Assembly: GCA_046350815.1 (NCBI GenBank)
Contig: JAXLZO010000001.1
Coordinates: 1,200,001-1,232,000 of the forward strand
Length of the DNA stretch: 32,000 nt
Origin: Candidatus Saccharimonadota bacterium
GTDB lineage: Bacteria > Patescibacteriota > Gracilibacteria > BD1-5 > UBA2023
Reading direction: 5' to 3'
Part shown: piece after piece, positions 31,283 to 32,000 of the stretch
How positions within the stretch are numbered: the first letter of the stretch is position 1
Layout: the number at the start of each line of letters is the position of its first letter
Position numbers and translations under genes: made by a program
The notes under the pieces: generated by a model
Database searches by the model: none
Seen by the model: the letters and a program-made list of their open reading frames with translations, nothing else
What the model was told of the DNA's origin: nothing

Positions 31283-32000
31283 TTATTGGATTATCGCAGA
31301 TAAAACCCCATCCGTTTCTGCTTCGAGAGCGAGTATATCTCTCGTGATGTCTTCGAGACTTCGAGGTGGAGTGTATTCGTAGAAGTATTTATTGAAGTTG
31401 ATCTCATATCCTACTTTTTTCTCCTTCTCGCTGATCCAAGCATCAGGAGCAAATGGGAGGACTTCTCGTGCGAAGTATTCCTGTATATCTTCTTTGAGTG
31501 GGATATTTTCCTTATCTCTCAGGTCTGCATCTGGTTCTGGTTTTCCTTTCTTTGTGATGATATTTCCATTCTCATCCCTCTTTGGTCGTTCGACGATGAT
31601 CTGAGTGTAGCCGAAGTCTTCATTATCAAATATCTTTGAGTATTCTGTTTCCTTGAATCCATCAAAAAGCTCATAAATTTTCTGGATTCCTGCATCTTTT
31701 ATCTCATTTCTCTTGCTTCCGAGACTCTTCGTCATCTTCGTGAAGAACTCACTACTTGTAGCATTGATGAGTTGGATTTTACCTTTCTTGTGAGTAGGTT
31801 TTCGGTTCGTCATTACCCAGATATATGTCCCAATTCCAGTATTATAGAAGAGTTCTTTTGGGAGAGCAATGATGGCTTCGAGATAGTCATTTTCGATTAT
31901 ATGTTTACGAATCTCACTCTCTCCGCTTCCTGCATCTCCTGTGAAGAGAGCAGAACCATTGTGTACTGAGGCGATACGAGTCCCGAGTGGTGTATCGTGT
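31283..32000 (-). CDS. hsdM: type I restriction-modification M (methyltransferase) subunit, C-terminal part; the gene continues beyond the right edge
   Basis: Translation ...NGSALFTGDAGSGESEIRKHIIENDYLEAIIALPKELFYNTGIGTYIWVMTNRKP...KGKIQLINAT...FGYTQIIVERP... is the typical HsdM C-terminal region. TAA at 31283-31285. The frame is open to 32000. Confidence 0.88.
   Translation of the reverse strand, partial: HDTPLGTRIASVHNGSALFTGDAGSGESEIRKHIIENDYLEAIIALPKELFYNTGIGTYIWVMTNRKPTHKKGKIQLINATSSEFFTKMTKSLGSKRNEIKDAGIQKIYELFDGFKETEYSKIFDNEDFGYTQIIVERPKRDENGNIITKKGKPEPDADLRDKENIPLKEDIQEYFAREVLPFAPDAWISEKEKKVGYEINFNKYFYEYTPPRSLEDITRDILALEAETDGVLSAIIQ

Overview
This is a low-GC bacterial chromosomal window that only reads coherently under genetic code 25 (UGA = Gly, as in Gracilibacteria and Absconditabacteria/SR1). 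The supplied standard-code ORF track is fragmented at in-frame TGA codons. These TGAs fall on family-invariant glycines: ClpC GKTAVVE-G-LA and KYR-G-EFE, IleRS WFES-G-SMP, and P-type ATPase PE-G-L. All real stops are TAA or TAG.

Re-read by hand with UGA = Gly, the window contains, from left to right:
- a partial RsmB/F-type m5C RNA methyltransferase, ClpC, and two unknown secreted proteins
- an operon of GIY-YIG/DUF4357, Nudix, IleRS and a PAP2 phosphatase; the IleRS carries an in-frame histidine-phosphatase domain insertion of about 185 aa
- an accessory stretch holding a ~52% GC structured-RNA candidate bracketed by two hairpin terminators, an orphan 314-aa ORF that has the only strong Shine-Dalgarno seen here and 17-bp direct repeats upstream, an unknown 365-aa protein, and a YiiX-like papain-fold hydrolase
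- a Ca-type P-type ATPase and a MazG-like pyrophosphohydrolase
- a 753-bp IS1595-family element whose transposase has 8 UGA-Gly codons, next to a frameshifted GNAT gene
- an operon of a thrombospondin-type-3-repeat surface protein and a 1121-aa DUF2339-like membrane protein
- tRNA-Gln(UUG), followed by a type I restriction-modification operon ordered hsdM, DUF3800, unknown 161-aa gene, hsdS, hsdR, and then a decayed gene

All protein-family calls come from motif recognition on manual translations. No database search was possible.
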